64,000 bases of DNA from Ophelia neglecta (taxonomy: Eukaryota), in contig OZ260666.1 in assembly GCA_965285935.1 (NCBI GenBank), positions 43,028,001 through 43,092,000 of the forward strand, read 5' to 3'. Numbering within the stretch: the first letter of the stretch is position 1; each line of letters opens with the position of its first letter. Shown in pieces: positions 1-14,463 of the stretch. Both the position numbers and the translations under genes were made by a program. The notes under the pieces are model-generated. The model did no database searches, had not been told where the DNA came from, and saw only the letters and a program-made list of their open reading frames with translations.

Positions 1-3000
1 AGCATGCCCCCTTCTTTACTCTGACAGCCCATTATTTGAAGACTCAGATCGACAATGTTCTCCCAGCTGCTTTGATCTTCAATGGGATCCTTGTTCTTTG
101 GAGAAACTGATACCTTAATTCTGAGCAGGTTTACCTCATGTAATCAGGACCTGTATTCATCAAGTGAGTCAGGCATCGTTAACCCAAAAAGGTCACCAAT
201 GACTGATGGAGTATTGTGACAGCCCCAGCCGGAAATGGAATCTGGGGCATTCTGTGACTGCGAAAAATGGTGACTAGTCAGAGCCAAAAGATTAAACTAT
301 CAAAGACAAATTTCATCAACTGGTCCTTCAAAATCAGGTTAATCAGCACAGAGTTTCTTGGCAGGTTGTTGACAGAGATTGATAGCTTGGATCTCTTTTT
401 CAGGGCAATGAAATGTACTTGGTGAAACTTCTTCAGTACTAGGGAGTCTCTAAACCCTGAAAATAAATGTCAAATATAATGATTGAGCACATTTTCTGCA
501 TGAACATCTTTTAGGGTATGAAGAAAAATGTTTGATATGGATTGTAGTTGGTAACTAGATTTAAACCATTTAGGAGGCACAATGACAATATGAAATCTAA
601 TCAGTGGGTCAATGAAGGAAATGATGTTGTCCCCTAAAGACAGCCTCTGTTCTGTTATTGGTCAGTCAACTTACAAAGGCTCAGCAAAATCTCATCAATT
701 GTGATTATATATACTTGGCAGTGATCTAGGGCTGTGGGTCTATGTCATGGTGAATGGAGTCAATTAGCTCTCATGGTAGATGGGGGGGGGGGGGGGGGGG
801 AGTTGGCCAGGGAGGGGATTGTATATTTGATTGTATATATCATTGGAGGAGGCTGTGATAATGGCTACCAAATAAGTGGTCTTATAAGACAGGTGCCCTT
901 TCATCATCACACACCCAAATACATGGCAAGTATATAGCAAACTGTTTTTTTAGCAACCCATTTTTTTGGGAGTCTTTCATTAGGAGTTCTACTGTATATG
1001 CATATCTGTATACGTAAATAATATTTCCAATAAGCACAAAAGCATTAAACTAAATACTTTTCATGAACTAGCAAATCAGTTTTGCTCTACCACCTGGTCT
1101 GGCTCATCACATACAGTGGTAATCGCGTGTTTTTTCTGGCCTTCATGTTTTAAATGAATCATGCTAAAAGCTAATCAATGTTAAAACTTGTTTCTGTTGT
1201 ATGTGATCAGAATGGCTTTACCTGTGCACTAACTGGTCTATGGAGGTGAAGTACTGATTTTATGTTGCGTGATTTGATAAACATAAGTAAAAATATCTTT
1301 CATGTTTTTGATTCCTACAAATGAAGGTAGCGGGGAATTGATTGATCATTTCAGTTCTAGTAGTGGATTGGATTATAAATAACATTCCCACATGAAATGC
1401 CTATACTTCATGTTTGTCCTTTATGTCCTGTTCAATGGGGGAGGGGGGGGGGGGGGAGAGAGGAGGAGGACTTTTTGACAATTTGACAAATACCACAAAT
1501 ATAAAACCCAACCAGCCAATGGAGAACTGCACTGCTGCTTAGGGTAAAAACTCCTTTTAGCATCACATATGTATTAGTATAGGGTATTGTTTGATTTCTA
1601 TTCAGGTGATATTAATTAATTATTAAATGCAAGAATGTTGTTCTGGTTGACTTCAAGTACCCCATCTCCCCACTCCAGAAGTGTTCCTGTATTTTAATGT
1701 TCACCACAACATTACTAACTTGCCTGTAAAATATTGGAGATAATTGATTGGCCTATGCCATATCTTGTCCCCACTGTGTTATTCTGAACAGTACTTTCAT
1801 TGTATAACCAATAATAATATTATCACTATGTGGCCTGCTAGTGTCATTACCTAAGCTGACCCAGGACTGATCAGTTTACAACCTTGTTGTTGAGTGGGTG
1901 ATGATGAAGAGAGGAGGGGTGACCTTGATGACAGGGGCCCAGGGGGGTCCTGATGTGTTTATGGCCAGCCTGTAAGGCTCCTCCGGTGGGTGATCACCAG
2001 GCATTGTTCAGGGTGTTTGTCACCTGTGTTGTCTGGGTAACTCTAGCTGGCACACACCTGGTGGAGAGGGTCTATGTATTGTTACTCTGAGGATAAATGG
2101 TGTGCCCACACCCCACATACATAGATTGCCAACCCCCTTCTGCTATAATGACAGGTTGTCCGTTCTGGAGGAGTGTTCAATCATCTGCCAAACAGCTGAT
2201 CAATGGTCCCTCTATCAACGGCTTATATTAATAACATTGGCAACAATTATTGAGTGGAATCTAGTTTTTTCAGTACTCAGGCATGCATGAAAGACTCATT
2301 GGAAAGTGGATGATTTATCATTTATTATTGATAATTGTTTCTATTGTGGCTTGATGCAAAGAACTAGCAGTCTATTTCAAAGCCAAAAAAACTGTTAAGC
2401 AGTATCCTATAGCAAAAATGGTGTGTTGCTTTATGAAATATTAAATAGGGAAACTGGAAATGAGTCATAAGTAGATTAGTTAGGCTGGGAACATGTGTGA
2501 TTTTCTGATAGATAGATCTACTTATCTAATTAACTCTGCAAAAAAACTGTGCCTGTCACGTGTGAACAGATTTTATAGTTCCCTCTTGGACTTATGCTTC
2601 AATAAAACATGTGGCACATGATTTAGATATAGTTCTGTATGAAAGTATCAATGACCTCCAGCCAAATAAAAATACAAATTTTATTATATTGCTATTAAAA
2701 TGGCCCATGAATATGATATGTATTGATTGTAATCATTGTTTAGCTCAAATTGGAAAATTTTGATAGCCTGCATGTGATCAATTCTCTTCATCCACTTGAT
2801 CAGTGTCATTGATAAAGAAATTTGTAGTTATTAATTTATATATAGACAAACATGTAAACTAGCATTTCTCTTGTTCCATTATAATTTCATTACACTTCTA
2901 TGGCTACTAGTTATAATGAGTATGAGCTTGCTTCTGTAGTCAGGCTTCTGTAAATGACTATGAGGCAGGAGATGGGTATGAGGGAGGGAGGGGGGGGGGA

Positions 3001-4334
3001 GGGTAATTAATGAGCCCATCCCACTTCAGCTGCTTCCCACTGGAGTGTCAGCAATGTCTAACCATATATCATTGTATCATCTTCTTGGGCTGAACAAGGA
3101 CAGCTAGTTAGTGGGAGTAACCAGAGAGCCAGAGCAGGTAACACTGGACAGACTAGGCAATTAATAATACACTAACACAACTAAAACCTGGTGTTATCAG
3201 AGTGGGGTAAACATAGACAGTGACTGGTTATCACATGGTTAACAATGGGATGATACTTTAATGTCATATTATTAACAAGCCTGTTACTTAATTACAAGTT
3301 CTAATGTGAAATGTTATTTAAAAATGAATGTTTAAGAAAGACCATTGTTGTTTCTACTAATAACAATAGTACCCAAAGCTTATTCTGTACATAATCATTA
3401 CAAATGATTGTTCAGTCTTGTCACATGTCACTGTATCTTACTCATGTTCTTTAGATACTATGATCTACTAACTAAGCAATGTCAATGCCATTCCCAATAT
3501 TAAACAAAGACTTGTCACAAATTTGAGACACCATGCTTGATAAATTGCATTTTTAAATTGTCCCCTAAGGATGGATTTTAGACAATAATAGTTTGGAATA
3601 GGAGAGGATGGTCGGTGACTATGTACCTTCTACATAATCAAAGACAAAATATATATCTCTAGGTCTCAATTATTAATGCTAAATAGCTATAATATATAAA
3701 AAGTCTGTTTCCTGGGAACTAGATATGCCCCTATATGCACCTCGTAAGATTCCATGCCATATATAGTTATCTTAAGACAATGTATTCTCTGATCTTTTCA
3801 TGGCAAGGTGTCACTGATCACTGGTCACTTTATAAAAATCATTCAGATGTAAACTACATTGTTACAATGTAGTCTTGATTGATATATCAAACAATTTTCT
3901 CGTGAGAAAATCTTACCCAATAGTGAGAAATTCATCAAGAGGCCTTGGGGAAAGTTAAATTAGCATAATGTATTAATAGGTTGAATATTTACTTGGAATT
4001 AATTATGGTTGAAATATTCCCTTGGAATTTAATATGCATATTCCCAGGATAATATTAGTAGTGAAAATAATTTTAAAGTAAATTTAAAAGTTCACAGCAG
4101 GCTCTCCTAGTTAACCAGCCTAGACCTGCAAATAAGATTCTCAAGAAAATGTAAGTATGAAAATGTGCAAAATTGATAAATGCGAGGTTTTCCCACTTTA
4201 TAGTATGTCATCTTTTGGCAGAGCCAAGAATATAGCAAAAAAACTTCTCAGTTGTTTGAGTGATATGCAGTCTCATTTATTGTGACTTAATGCAAAGCTC
4301 ACCTCAAATAATCTCTACAGCAAAGGTGTTTCTT

Positions 4335-4360
4335 AACCAAACCAAACCAAACCAAACCAA
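4335..4360. repeat. (AACCA)n microsatellite
   Basis: Five copies of AACCA. Confidence 0.9.
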
Positions 4361-6280
4361 AACATAGTAAAGAATTTACTTCTGATTTAACACAATTTTC
4401 ACATTAACCTGTGAGAGTCAGAACTTGATTCATGCTTCAAAACATTATTTTGAAGTTGAAGCTGTATGATCAACACATAGACTTGTATCTAATAATCCAT
4501 TCCACCCAGGAATAACCTCTCATCACTGTCTGGCTTAGCAGAGTATTGGAATAACGTGATTGGAAGGCTATGAATGGACAGCTTCATTTAATTTTCAGAC
4601 TAAATAAAATTTATGATTGAAGGGGTATTCTCAGTTCCAGTTTTATTTATAATGATCAGCTGTCAAAAGTATCAAGTGCATATAACAAAATGTACTAATT
4701 CAAACAAGTTGGTTTGTTTTATTGCCAAATTTACATTTGTAATGTATGTGTATTTTTTCTGGCCCTGTTTATTTGCCTGTTTATTTTATAGTGCACTGTA
4801 GTAATACCTGGATGTAGATTCATGATAATGCATTCCTTAATCTTGTATGAACTAATATTTTTCACGAATACACACATATTTATATATAGCAATGTATTTA
4901 GAACTCCTGAATGTAATGTGTACATTTTGGTAATAAATGTTAATTTTATGAGCTAGTAAGATACTACAGAACGTTTAACCTTACCAATAGTACATTTGAT
5001 GTTCCATCAATTCTGACAGTCAGATATCAATAATAGCCAAACACATTAATTTATGCTAGTTTTGTTGGAAATTTGTCAGATGTTGTAGCCTAATTGACCA
5101 TAAAGAATAAAAACTTGGAAGCAGCATTGGTAAAATGAGACAAACAGGACAAGTTTGGCCAGGTAACTGCCAACACAAGTCATCAACAGTGTTGCAATTA
5201 ATTATTTTGAATAGACCCCTATGTTCAATATCCAGGATATTGAGGTATATTTGTGCTTTCTATGTACTAAGTCTGTCTGTTTTGTACATACAGATGATTG
5301 AATATATTTCATGTTTGATCTGGTAATTAATTTGGGAGAGCTAAAGAAAACTCGCACAAAAACTTTGGCAATTACAGAATTATTAGATTGTGAGTCGAAA
5401 CAGTTGACACTCAGGAAGCCATGCGTCTGTGCATGTTTCTGTGATCAAAACTGTTCTTATAAAGAACAGTTTTTTCTCAGGCTGCAAGCAGCTACATGTA
5501 CACAGTACTCAGACCCTGACATGAGCCTTTACACAGATAGGATTTATTATAGTTCCCTTTGATTTGGATTGAATAGAGCAATATTAAATTGCCTCAATTC
5601 TGTTTGAAAACTAGACATGTACATGTAAATGACTATCAGAATATATGAAGTTAAAAAGAGGCCTAAAGTATAAATAGGTAAAGTTTTGTTTGATATAAAC
5701 TCAAGGGAAAAAATCTCTTGAATTATGCACAGATCAATGATTCATCTTCACACAAAAAACTGGCAGCAAGTGTTGAATGCAATAAGCTGTGTTCAGAAAT
5801 GTATGCCTCCCACCTAATAAAAGGTAGAGACCAATGCATAACTGTTAGGTTACTACCAGTTTTTCAGGATCTGGACCCTTCCCCCATCCCTTTTCCCATC
5901 ATCTCTCTCCCCTCTCCCCTGCCCAAACACCACCATCCCCATCAATATTGGAACAATACCTCCTTCCTACCCCCTATTCCAACCCTCCTACATGATCCTA
6001 CAAATTGGTAATGACCATCTCAGTACTTAAGTAGTATGAATAGCAGGGTCCTTTGACATAATTTTTACAAAGATGTGTGCAAAATGATATATATTGGGAA
6101 AGGTATTTCATATCTTTACTGCCATTATAAAGTAGCATATGGCCCGAGATGACATAGACTAGCAACCTGTCCAGTTATGGGCAAAATGTTGTGTTTACAC
6201 TGTTGTCCATCTTGCCTCTCTGGACACCCTTCATACTTAGGACAGAGAGGCTCGACTGGGTATAGAGATGACAGCAAAGA

Positions 6281-6315
6281 TGGCTTCAGAGGTGGCCTCA
6301 GAGGTGGCCTCAGAG
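6281..6315. repeat. 12-bp tandem repeat, about 3 copies
   Basis: TGGC(T/C)TCAGAGG repeated. Confidence 0.85.
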
Positions 6316-9300
6316 TTTGAAGGAGAGTATGGATGATGCATACGCCCTCCCCTTCATCATAAAGCTGAGGGAGAATAAACAGTTGTTTTGTATGTTTTGT
6401 ATGATATTTACTGATACTTCATGCTTGAGTGCCCTTATGATAGGAGCTTTCTACATGTACATGCACATGTACATACAGCAACTTCTTATATAAAAATGTA
6501 GAACCATTTTTTTAACTAACATCTGGCCTTGCAGATGGCAGCTGATATTGATATTTTACTGATACCTGTTAAGGGGGAAATGACCTGCGTGGCTTAACTT
6601 CTTGCCTCAGGTCTTGGCAAATAGAGATAGGGTTTAATTACTTAAACCAAAGATGCCTTTCCAGCAATTTTGTCTACAGGGTAAATATTAGTCTGTTGTG
6701 TGCCATCCTATTTAATATAACATGCAATCACATAGCCAACTGCTACATTAAGTAATGACGGAAGAACTTGTTTCATTAAAACTGGATAAATCCTGCCCGG
6801 AAAAGTTGAACTGTCAGACTCAGTGTCCTTAGAACTAAACATGTTAAACAATAAGATAGGCAGTACATGAACATCCAGTCAGTCTGAGTCAAGTCGACCA
6901 TTATGACATTGTGATATAAATCTAAACAGTGTGCTCAATGTAGATTAAGTGCCTTGCCTATTATTTTGCAAATAATCTGCGTAGCTTGAATATTAGCAGT
7001 GTTTTCAACTTCCCAATCAAGAGTTCTCAATTACATTTTACAAAGGCTGATAGTAATTTGAAGTGGTGATGTGATATTTTATAATACTTTGCAGACCAAC
7101 ACACCAACAGCTGTCCCTCCTCTGAACCCAGTCTCCCTCAACCAAACACCAAGGCTACACCAGGTCTCATCACACATAATTGGCCATTATGGATTAGAAT
7201 AATAATGAGTCCCTTTTTTCCCCAGTTTGAAATTTAATTAGCTTTCCTATTAGAGATTATATGTCTTGCCTGAAGCGTGCCAGTGCAGATGGCTGTAGTT
7301 ACATATAGATTACTGACTTGTTACAAATTAAATCAGACAATTAGTTATGGTTCTGTTATGTTGTCAATGAGGCCTCTCAGTTTTTGAGTTGACATGTAAA
7401 GCACCAAGCCAGGTTTCTCTATTGTCCCCTGTAATTGTAGATGCCTATCATGTCTTTGTTCTCTTGGCAACCAAGATTTTATCATAAATTTGCCATTGGG
7501 ACAAAAAAGCATCCAACTTCACGGTGTGGTGGGTGGGAGAGGCAGATGGGGCGGACCTGCTTGTCTGATTTGAATCTCAGTTGATTTATGTTGTCATTAA
7601 ACATTATCAACAACAGATAGGATAATAATAATTTCTGGTTAACAATAGACCTAACTGCTGTGCGCTCACCTTCTATTAAACAGCCGCTCGGATCAACCAG
7701 ATTAAAAAATCTCAAGTAATTGTCAAAGGGCATTTCTATCTCTCCATATTACACGGTCCCTCCCACCCTCATTATGAAAATGGCATTTTCTTGTTACCCT
7801 GATGATTATGAGTGAATAATTCCAGTGTTGTGTGTGAGGAAGGGGATGTGAGGCAGTAGTCAGTAGGGTTGCTGAGGTCAAGTGTGCCACTGGTGTAATT
7901 GTTTTTCTTGTCTTTGATGTTATAGTAGTGGTCATTGAGGAGTTAGTAGTGGACTCGTGGATGTGTGGACAAGGCTCTCCATTCTGGCCTTATCAAACTC
8001 ACCTCCACTTCATTCCTTGGTCTCTCAGCTATGTCTCTCATCACTTTTAAGAGCACCTGTTGACCACACTCTTTTGTCTAACCTATCACCTGAGACTGAC
8101 CATTGTCATTGTCTTTGATCCTGGCAGCAGCACTTGCTCAGCTATAGGTATCAAACTTTCTCATCTTGGAGTGGCTCTAGAGAATGAGGGTTGAGTTCAC
8201 ACACTAATCATTCTAGGAATGTCAGCCAAATTAGAAAACTTTACAGCTTGCATTTACAACCAACAAGAGCCCTTCTAGATTTGCTACAAAATTAGTGTCT
8301 TGTTTTTGCAAATAATGTCGCCAATTTGTTTGGAAGTATCAGATCGTGGGAGGTGACTGGCAGCAGGGGCTGCTCACTGTATTTGTGTTGAGCTGTCTAT
8401 CACTGAACCATGGACTTGTTGAGGGAGAGGCCCCAGCTTTGGGCTCTCTCATGTTTAAGTTTATGCCTAGAACTAACCTGTCTGACATTTTAATTGCCCA
8501 GAATACACACTCCAGGACTGGGTTGTTAAAAGCATCTTTGACTTCAATTCCAAGTCAGGTCTTGATTAAAATCAGAACAGCTACTCATCAGGTAGATTCT
8601 GTGTACACGCATGATATGCAACTAGAGCTGGTAAAGGTTCTAGACTTGTGTCTGGCGGCAGTGCCCATGGGTAAAATGTTAATAGCCTTGAATGAGATAT
8701 TTTATCACTGACCTCATTAGTATCACAAGGGCTCACAAGAATGCTAAGGGTGTAGACTATAAAGCTTGATTCCATATGGCAACTTATTATATCAATATTT
8801 TTTCCAGAAGTGATATTCTTTCCCCGGGTTCTGGGCATTAGTCATTATAGCTATAGTCTCCAGACCTCAAGGCAGGGCAGAGAAGGCATCTCAAGATGAG
8901 TTTAGAGGAAATAGGCACCTGGTCCATTGGAGTACCTGCTACATTCGGTGGAATGACCTCTCCTTTAGTTTCTGACAAATAAACTCAATCAAATAAGGAA
9001 CTTCAATCTTAGAACTTGTAAGAGGAAAATACCACAGTACTGATCAGTATAGTTCAGCTCCATATGTGAAATCTCACAACCTCTGACAGAAAATCATAGT
9101 CAGTATTCATGACAATGAAATAGAGATCACTCAAACTGACCACATTTGTGTCCTCAGGAATTATCATCATCACTGTAAACCACAACTCTAGAGCCTCTGT
9201 TTGAGCAGTGGTCACCAGGAACATGACTGGACTCCATTCAATTAACTAACTATGCATTCTATTAAAGGTTTGCATGATTCAGACAATCCTCCCAGGAAAG

Positions 9301-12300
9301 CCCTCTGTGTATGTCAAAGCCCATTGAGGCTGACACTAAGGAGGAAATGTCTCGTACATAATCTTTTTTCTCCATATTTCAATTTGCTGGAACTGGCATG
9401 AGAAAGCAGACTATATATGTATATATTACCTGGGGTGAACAAAGAGTACTAATTATACTGTGGGTGGTTTTAAAATAAAACTGTTTCTTGGATGTGACTT
9501 GCTGCTAGATAGGGCACCTGTCATGTACATAATTATTATAATTGATGCATGACACCTTGAGGGCTGATTATTTTATCAGTTGGGTACAAGACATTGATAC
9601 TCACATACAATGCCTTACTGTTACTGAGGGTACTAGAATCCTGCCACAAGTTTAACTGCCCAGATACCAACTGCTTAAATGTCAAGTGACTCTGTGTTGT
9701 GCTCCCCAGCATGTCATATAACAGAACAAAACTCCACACTTTTTTTCCACACTTTTATTTAAGTTTACATAGGGTTAGTTGACTTTGGTGGTGTTGGAAT
9801 GTTACTAAGAGTTATAAAAACTTGGACATTTCTTTGGTTCATTAAGGGCCTCTTTTGATCCTGATAAACTATTATATGAACTCTGGCAACAAACTGATTT
9901 TATATCTTCAATCCATAGAGGAAAGTATTTAGTGGCCTAAGAATAATGTCAAACAAGAGAATTTGCACTAAGTGGGTTTTATATAATAACATGAATTATC
10001 TGCAGTGATAAATATTGAGTAACCAGCAGTGTGAATGGGAATGTAGAGCTATGGCTGTAGTTAGTCCAATTCTCCGATGGAAATTGTCCATTTCTGTTTA
10101 AGGAAGTCTTACATCAGGATTTAGTAACGCCACATTACACTTGTGTTCCTGCGCCCATCACCTAGGTGAGAATTGTCACTGTACAGCCCTGGGGAATCAC
10201 CTGACTGCAGTATCTCCAATGACAAGGACTGGCCACCCGACTGGCCAGCGGCTAGGGTGGGGCTTCTCATACAGGCCAAGGCGGTAACCACATGGGTCAG
10301 TTTAAAAGGACCAAAGGACTGTCATAGCTTTGATTAGACTTGGACTGCTGAACCATGTGTTCCTTCTCCAATCTCAGTACCAGTTAAATGGGACCACTGC
10401 TGGTGGGAGTACAGCCTGCAGACAGACCTAGTTTAATGATCTGCGCCCACTCAGACCATTGTTGCGCTGTGGTTTGCTGTGTGATTGTGGAGTATGGTCA
10501 ATAGCCAGTTGAGGTGTGAGATGGTCAGAAGCTGTGGGACAAGTGGTCAGCCTCCCTGCTCTGTGGATTGTGGACCACTGTACACACCTTTTCCTGTTTA
10601 CTATTGAGACAGGCTGGACAGGGTAGACATTCTCATGGAGTACCTGGTTAATACACAAAGCTATGTAGTACTAGGATTGTGAGTGTTATCAGGACAGAGG
10701 ATTGATTACATGTTGAGTTGTGTCCTGTGAGATATTACAGATGGCTTTCCTGTAACATGCTGCCAAGGATTAACACAGCACAACAGAAACTTAGTTAGAA
10801 TGTGTTTTGAGAATTTGTGAATCCAAGCTCAGTGCTCAAAAACTAATACATTATAACAATTCTGTGGTTAGATCACCCACCTCTTCTTGACTTTATCATT
10901 GTGGTTTTGGAATATGCAAAAAAGTTCTGTGTACATGTGGATGAGCTTGCTTCAAGTGAACAAACATCGTAGAGAATTGCTAGATTGTGCAATTTGTTCT
11001 TCAACAAGACCTGCTCTGGAGTTGAATATTTATGTATAAAACTAGCGATGACTATCCTGACTTCAAAGCCTGTCTTGGCTGATTCTGCCTGGGGGCACTA
11101 AAGTAGATATAATTATAGTCATGCCCCAGTCATAATTTGTATGTATACTATTATTAACAGTTTTTTTCCTCAGAAATTGTTTGCATTTGATAGGAGTTGA
11201 TAGAATCTGGCCAAGTTGACTTCAGATTTATTCTCTGATCGATGGGATTATAAAACACACATTTGAGACTTGACTTTAGTGCATGAAGCTCCATGGAGAG
11301 GTGATCTAAACACAGATGTGTTTGCTTTGGACCTGGTAGAACCCTTAGAAAAACTTCTTTGGCTCGAGCGGACATTAATATCTAAAGTATTGTAGCATTG
11401 CCTCAAGAAATGGCAGCTTGTGAAATATTATGAAAAGCCGACAATTACCAGATTGGATTGTAAAAACTTGGCATTTGGCTGAGAGTCAACAGAGGATTGG
11501 ATTACACTGTTTTTAGGCAATGCTGATTTCCGTGGGGCTGTTTTAAAGGTAACATCATATACAAGTTCCAGTATAACCCATATCCATCTCTACAGGAAGT
11601 CCAGTCGTGGAAAGTGATTGTGGTAAAAAAAACTGGTTGACACTTTGACTGATAACAACAGCTGACAGTTTGGGGCTTAATGGATAACAGTGCACATCCC
11701 ATCCTGAACTGAGCAGGACAAATCACTGTTTACCTCTCTATACCAGATCTGCATATTTCCCTCTGAGGCATTAATCAGCTCTCATTAGGTAAACATTGGA
11801 TTAAGCTGGCTAATTGGATTGTTTAATTATGTGAATGGGACCTGAAACAATAACAAACCCCTTATCTGGCTGTGGGGGAAGAGTCAACTCCTCAGTGTGT
11901 ATCTACATGGCGTTTTTTGATGATCAAGTATATCTTGAAAAAAAACCTTGGTTCCCTCAGGAGTGCAGCTCTTGTGACAGATTGCCTCGTGACAGCCAGT
12001 GTTGGATATAGTTCAGCTGTATTTTATTTGCTGGAGAAGTAAAACTCTGTCATCTGTTCATCATTGTTTTTATATACAGTACATCTTGGCAGAGACCATC
12101 ATTATCCCAGGTGTTAGTTGGTATAAAGTTTACTTCATGGTTACTTGGACTTGTCTCTTCCTCTCAGCCTAACCTAGCAGTAAGAGGATACCATCCAGCA
12201 GGGCTGATCCCACTCTGCTAATCTCACATCTATTGGATTTAACAAGCAGACACTTGTATTTTTTTTAATCCAAAGATCAATGATCAGTGTAGTACTAGTA

Positions 12301-13571
12301 TTTATTAAGTTTGGTGTGTGTGGCCAAGTATGAGGCTCAACCCAGTCACCTTTGAAATGTGGAAATCAAGTCAGTTTTACCATTGAGCGTGCTATCAGAT
12401 GTGACAGCGTTAGGGAGATACAAAACAGGAAAAAATAACTCCATTCACCATCAAGTACCATTGCTCCATACTTATTTAAATAAAATCCTGGAAAATCTCG
12501 GTCTGCATGTTATTAATGCCTGTTTTGTCGAGTGTGGTAGGTAACGAGCTGGTATTAAACAGGCTACATATAAACAGGCAATGAGAAACTGAGATAGAGA
12601 GACTTGGAATGAAGTATCACTGACTAAAGTCATGAAAAGGTGAGCTCAACAAGTGATTTGAAAGTCAATTACAACATGATGTTGTCCCATATCAAACACA
12701 ATTGTTTTATGGAGATAAGCTGTGAAATTTCATGAATATAAATCTCACGTCCTTGATAGAGCTTACTGCCTTGAAGGGAAGACACTGATCTGTGCTTCAT
12801 TGATCAACTGCTAACGTTTCCGCTGGAGGTAGAATATTATCGGATTTCACTTGACAAAACAGTGCGAGAATCTTCAACATTTACCCAATGATTTTTTCTG
12901 CCGGTGGATTATTTATTCATGATCTGTCATGTTGGATACACCCATATTAGCCCCAGAGCTGGATGATGGATATTGCTCTTTTGACTGCAGGCTCTGGGTC
13001 GGATGTCTAGATTAGCCCACCTGTTTGTAAACAATACACTGTGGATTACCTGTAATTTACCTGAGGATAACCTGTAGATAAAGAGACAAGCAGAGAGACA
13101 GACCACTAATAGTGACTTCACTGAATTGTCTTTTTAAGCATGAATTGTTGTTTTCAGCATGGATCAGTTTATGAGTGATTTTGGTAGAAAAGGATTATCA
13201 TACATTGACTGTGTACTCAATTAAACACAGGAATGGTGAAATCACTGCAAAAATTGGTGGCTGTAAATTATTGTGAAATTAAAGGACAAGGTTGATTGGA
13301 TGTTAATGAGTTGAAGGTGTGTTATAATATTAGTGAGTGTGATAGGAGAGTTGAGGGTTATTTGTAGTAGTGGATTACATGTGACAGCTCTGAGCTGTGG
13401 TGAGGTATCAGGGACCATTCACCACCAGGCTGGATTCTCCAGATGAGTCTGACCTGTCAGGGCTAATATACGTCTGGTCACCTCCTCACTTTCTAGTCAG
13501 AGTGTAGTCAGGCCTCATAGACTATCACCAACCCCCACACACTCGCCAAATTAACACTCATCGCTCCCTAC

Positions 13572-13634
13572 ACACGCAAACACCCACTACACGCAAACAC
13601 CCACCGATTGGCTCAGATGTTTGTGGGACTTTCC
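13572..13634 (+). promoter_or_regulatory. Candidate promoter module for the 14464 exon: duplicated CACCC element, inverted CCAAT box, canonical NF-kB site
   Basis: ACACGCAAACACCCAC x2 (13572-13604), CCGATTGGCT (ATTGG at 13607-13611) and GGGACTTTCC (13625-13634), about 830 nt upstream of the ATG; local CpGs. Confidence 0.4.
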
Positions 13635-14463
13635 TATCACTGATTGATTTTCCAGTTTCCGACACAGATTACTTTCCAGTTTAGTAAGTTCTTATGAAAT
13701 AAACCACAAAGGATACCCACAAATTAGATCAGGGTAAGCTAGCCATTATGCTCTGACATAAAAGATGTAAAATTGCCGTGTGGAAAGGACTGAGGTCAGT
13801 TGAGTCTAATCAAATTGTGTCCGGATATAAGAATAGGCCTCTGTTGAAAACAGGAAAACATTTCACTGAGACAAAGGTGTGTTTGCCAAACCTGACAATG
13901 TACAGACCAGCAAACAAGACAGTCTACACACTGTTATTTCAAGTTCTGGGGTGATAATTGTTTTTGAGTTCTGGATAGTAATAGAGTAGTTGAGACACTG
14001 TAGCAAGTGTATCTCAGCTGGAGGATTTTCTTTGGCTGAAGCCATTTCATAATTGTGCGTAATGTTTGGGGACACAGTAGCCCACATGGAGGTAAGAGAA
14101 GCCAGTGAGATGCCAAATGCTCTGGCTAGCAGCTGGCTCTGATTATACCAAGATATCTCACCTGCCGGCTAAACACCTACATCGTCAAAACATCCCCAAA
14201 AACATTCTCCAAAACATTCATCGAACAGGACTTGAATTGTGGCCAGGAGTGCCCGGAACAGTACAACTCTGATCTGTTGATATGGAGCTATGTCCAAAGG
14301 CACAGTAACCATTTGCTTCAATGCCTCTCTGTTGAGAGGTGAGGTGTAATTATTCCGTCTGGTCTCTGGCTTTGAGAGAGCAAAGTGGCCATTATTATAT
14401 ATTGGATTAAAACAGTGTGAGTAATTTATTGTATGTAACATATTCATAGATAAACATTATATA

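Noticed and set aside
1-13500. Short 60-120-aa ORFs in the first 13.5 kb and other intronic regions
   Set aside because: No recognisable domains or splice support, many with non-ATG starts; consistent with random ORFs.
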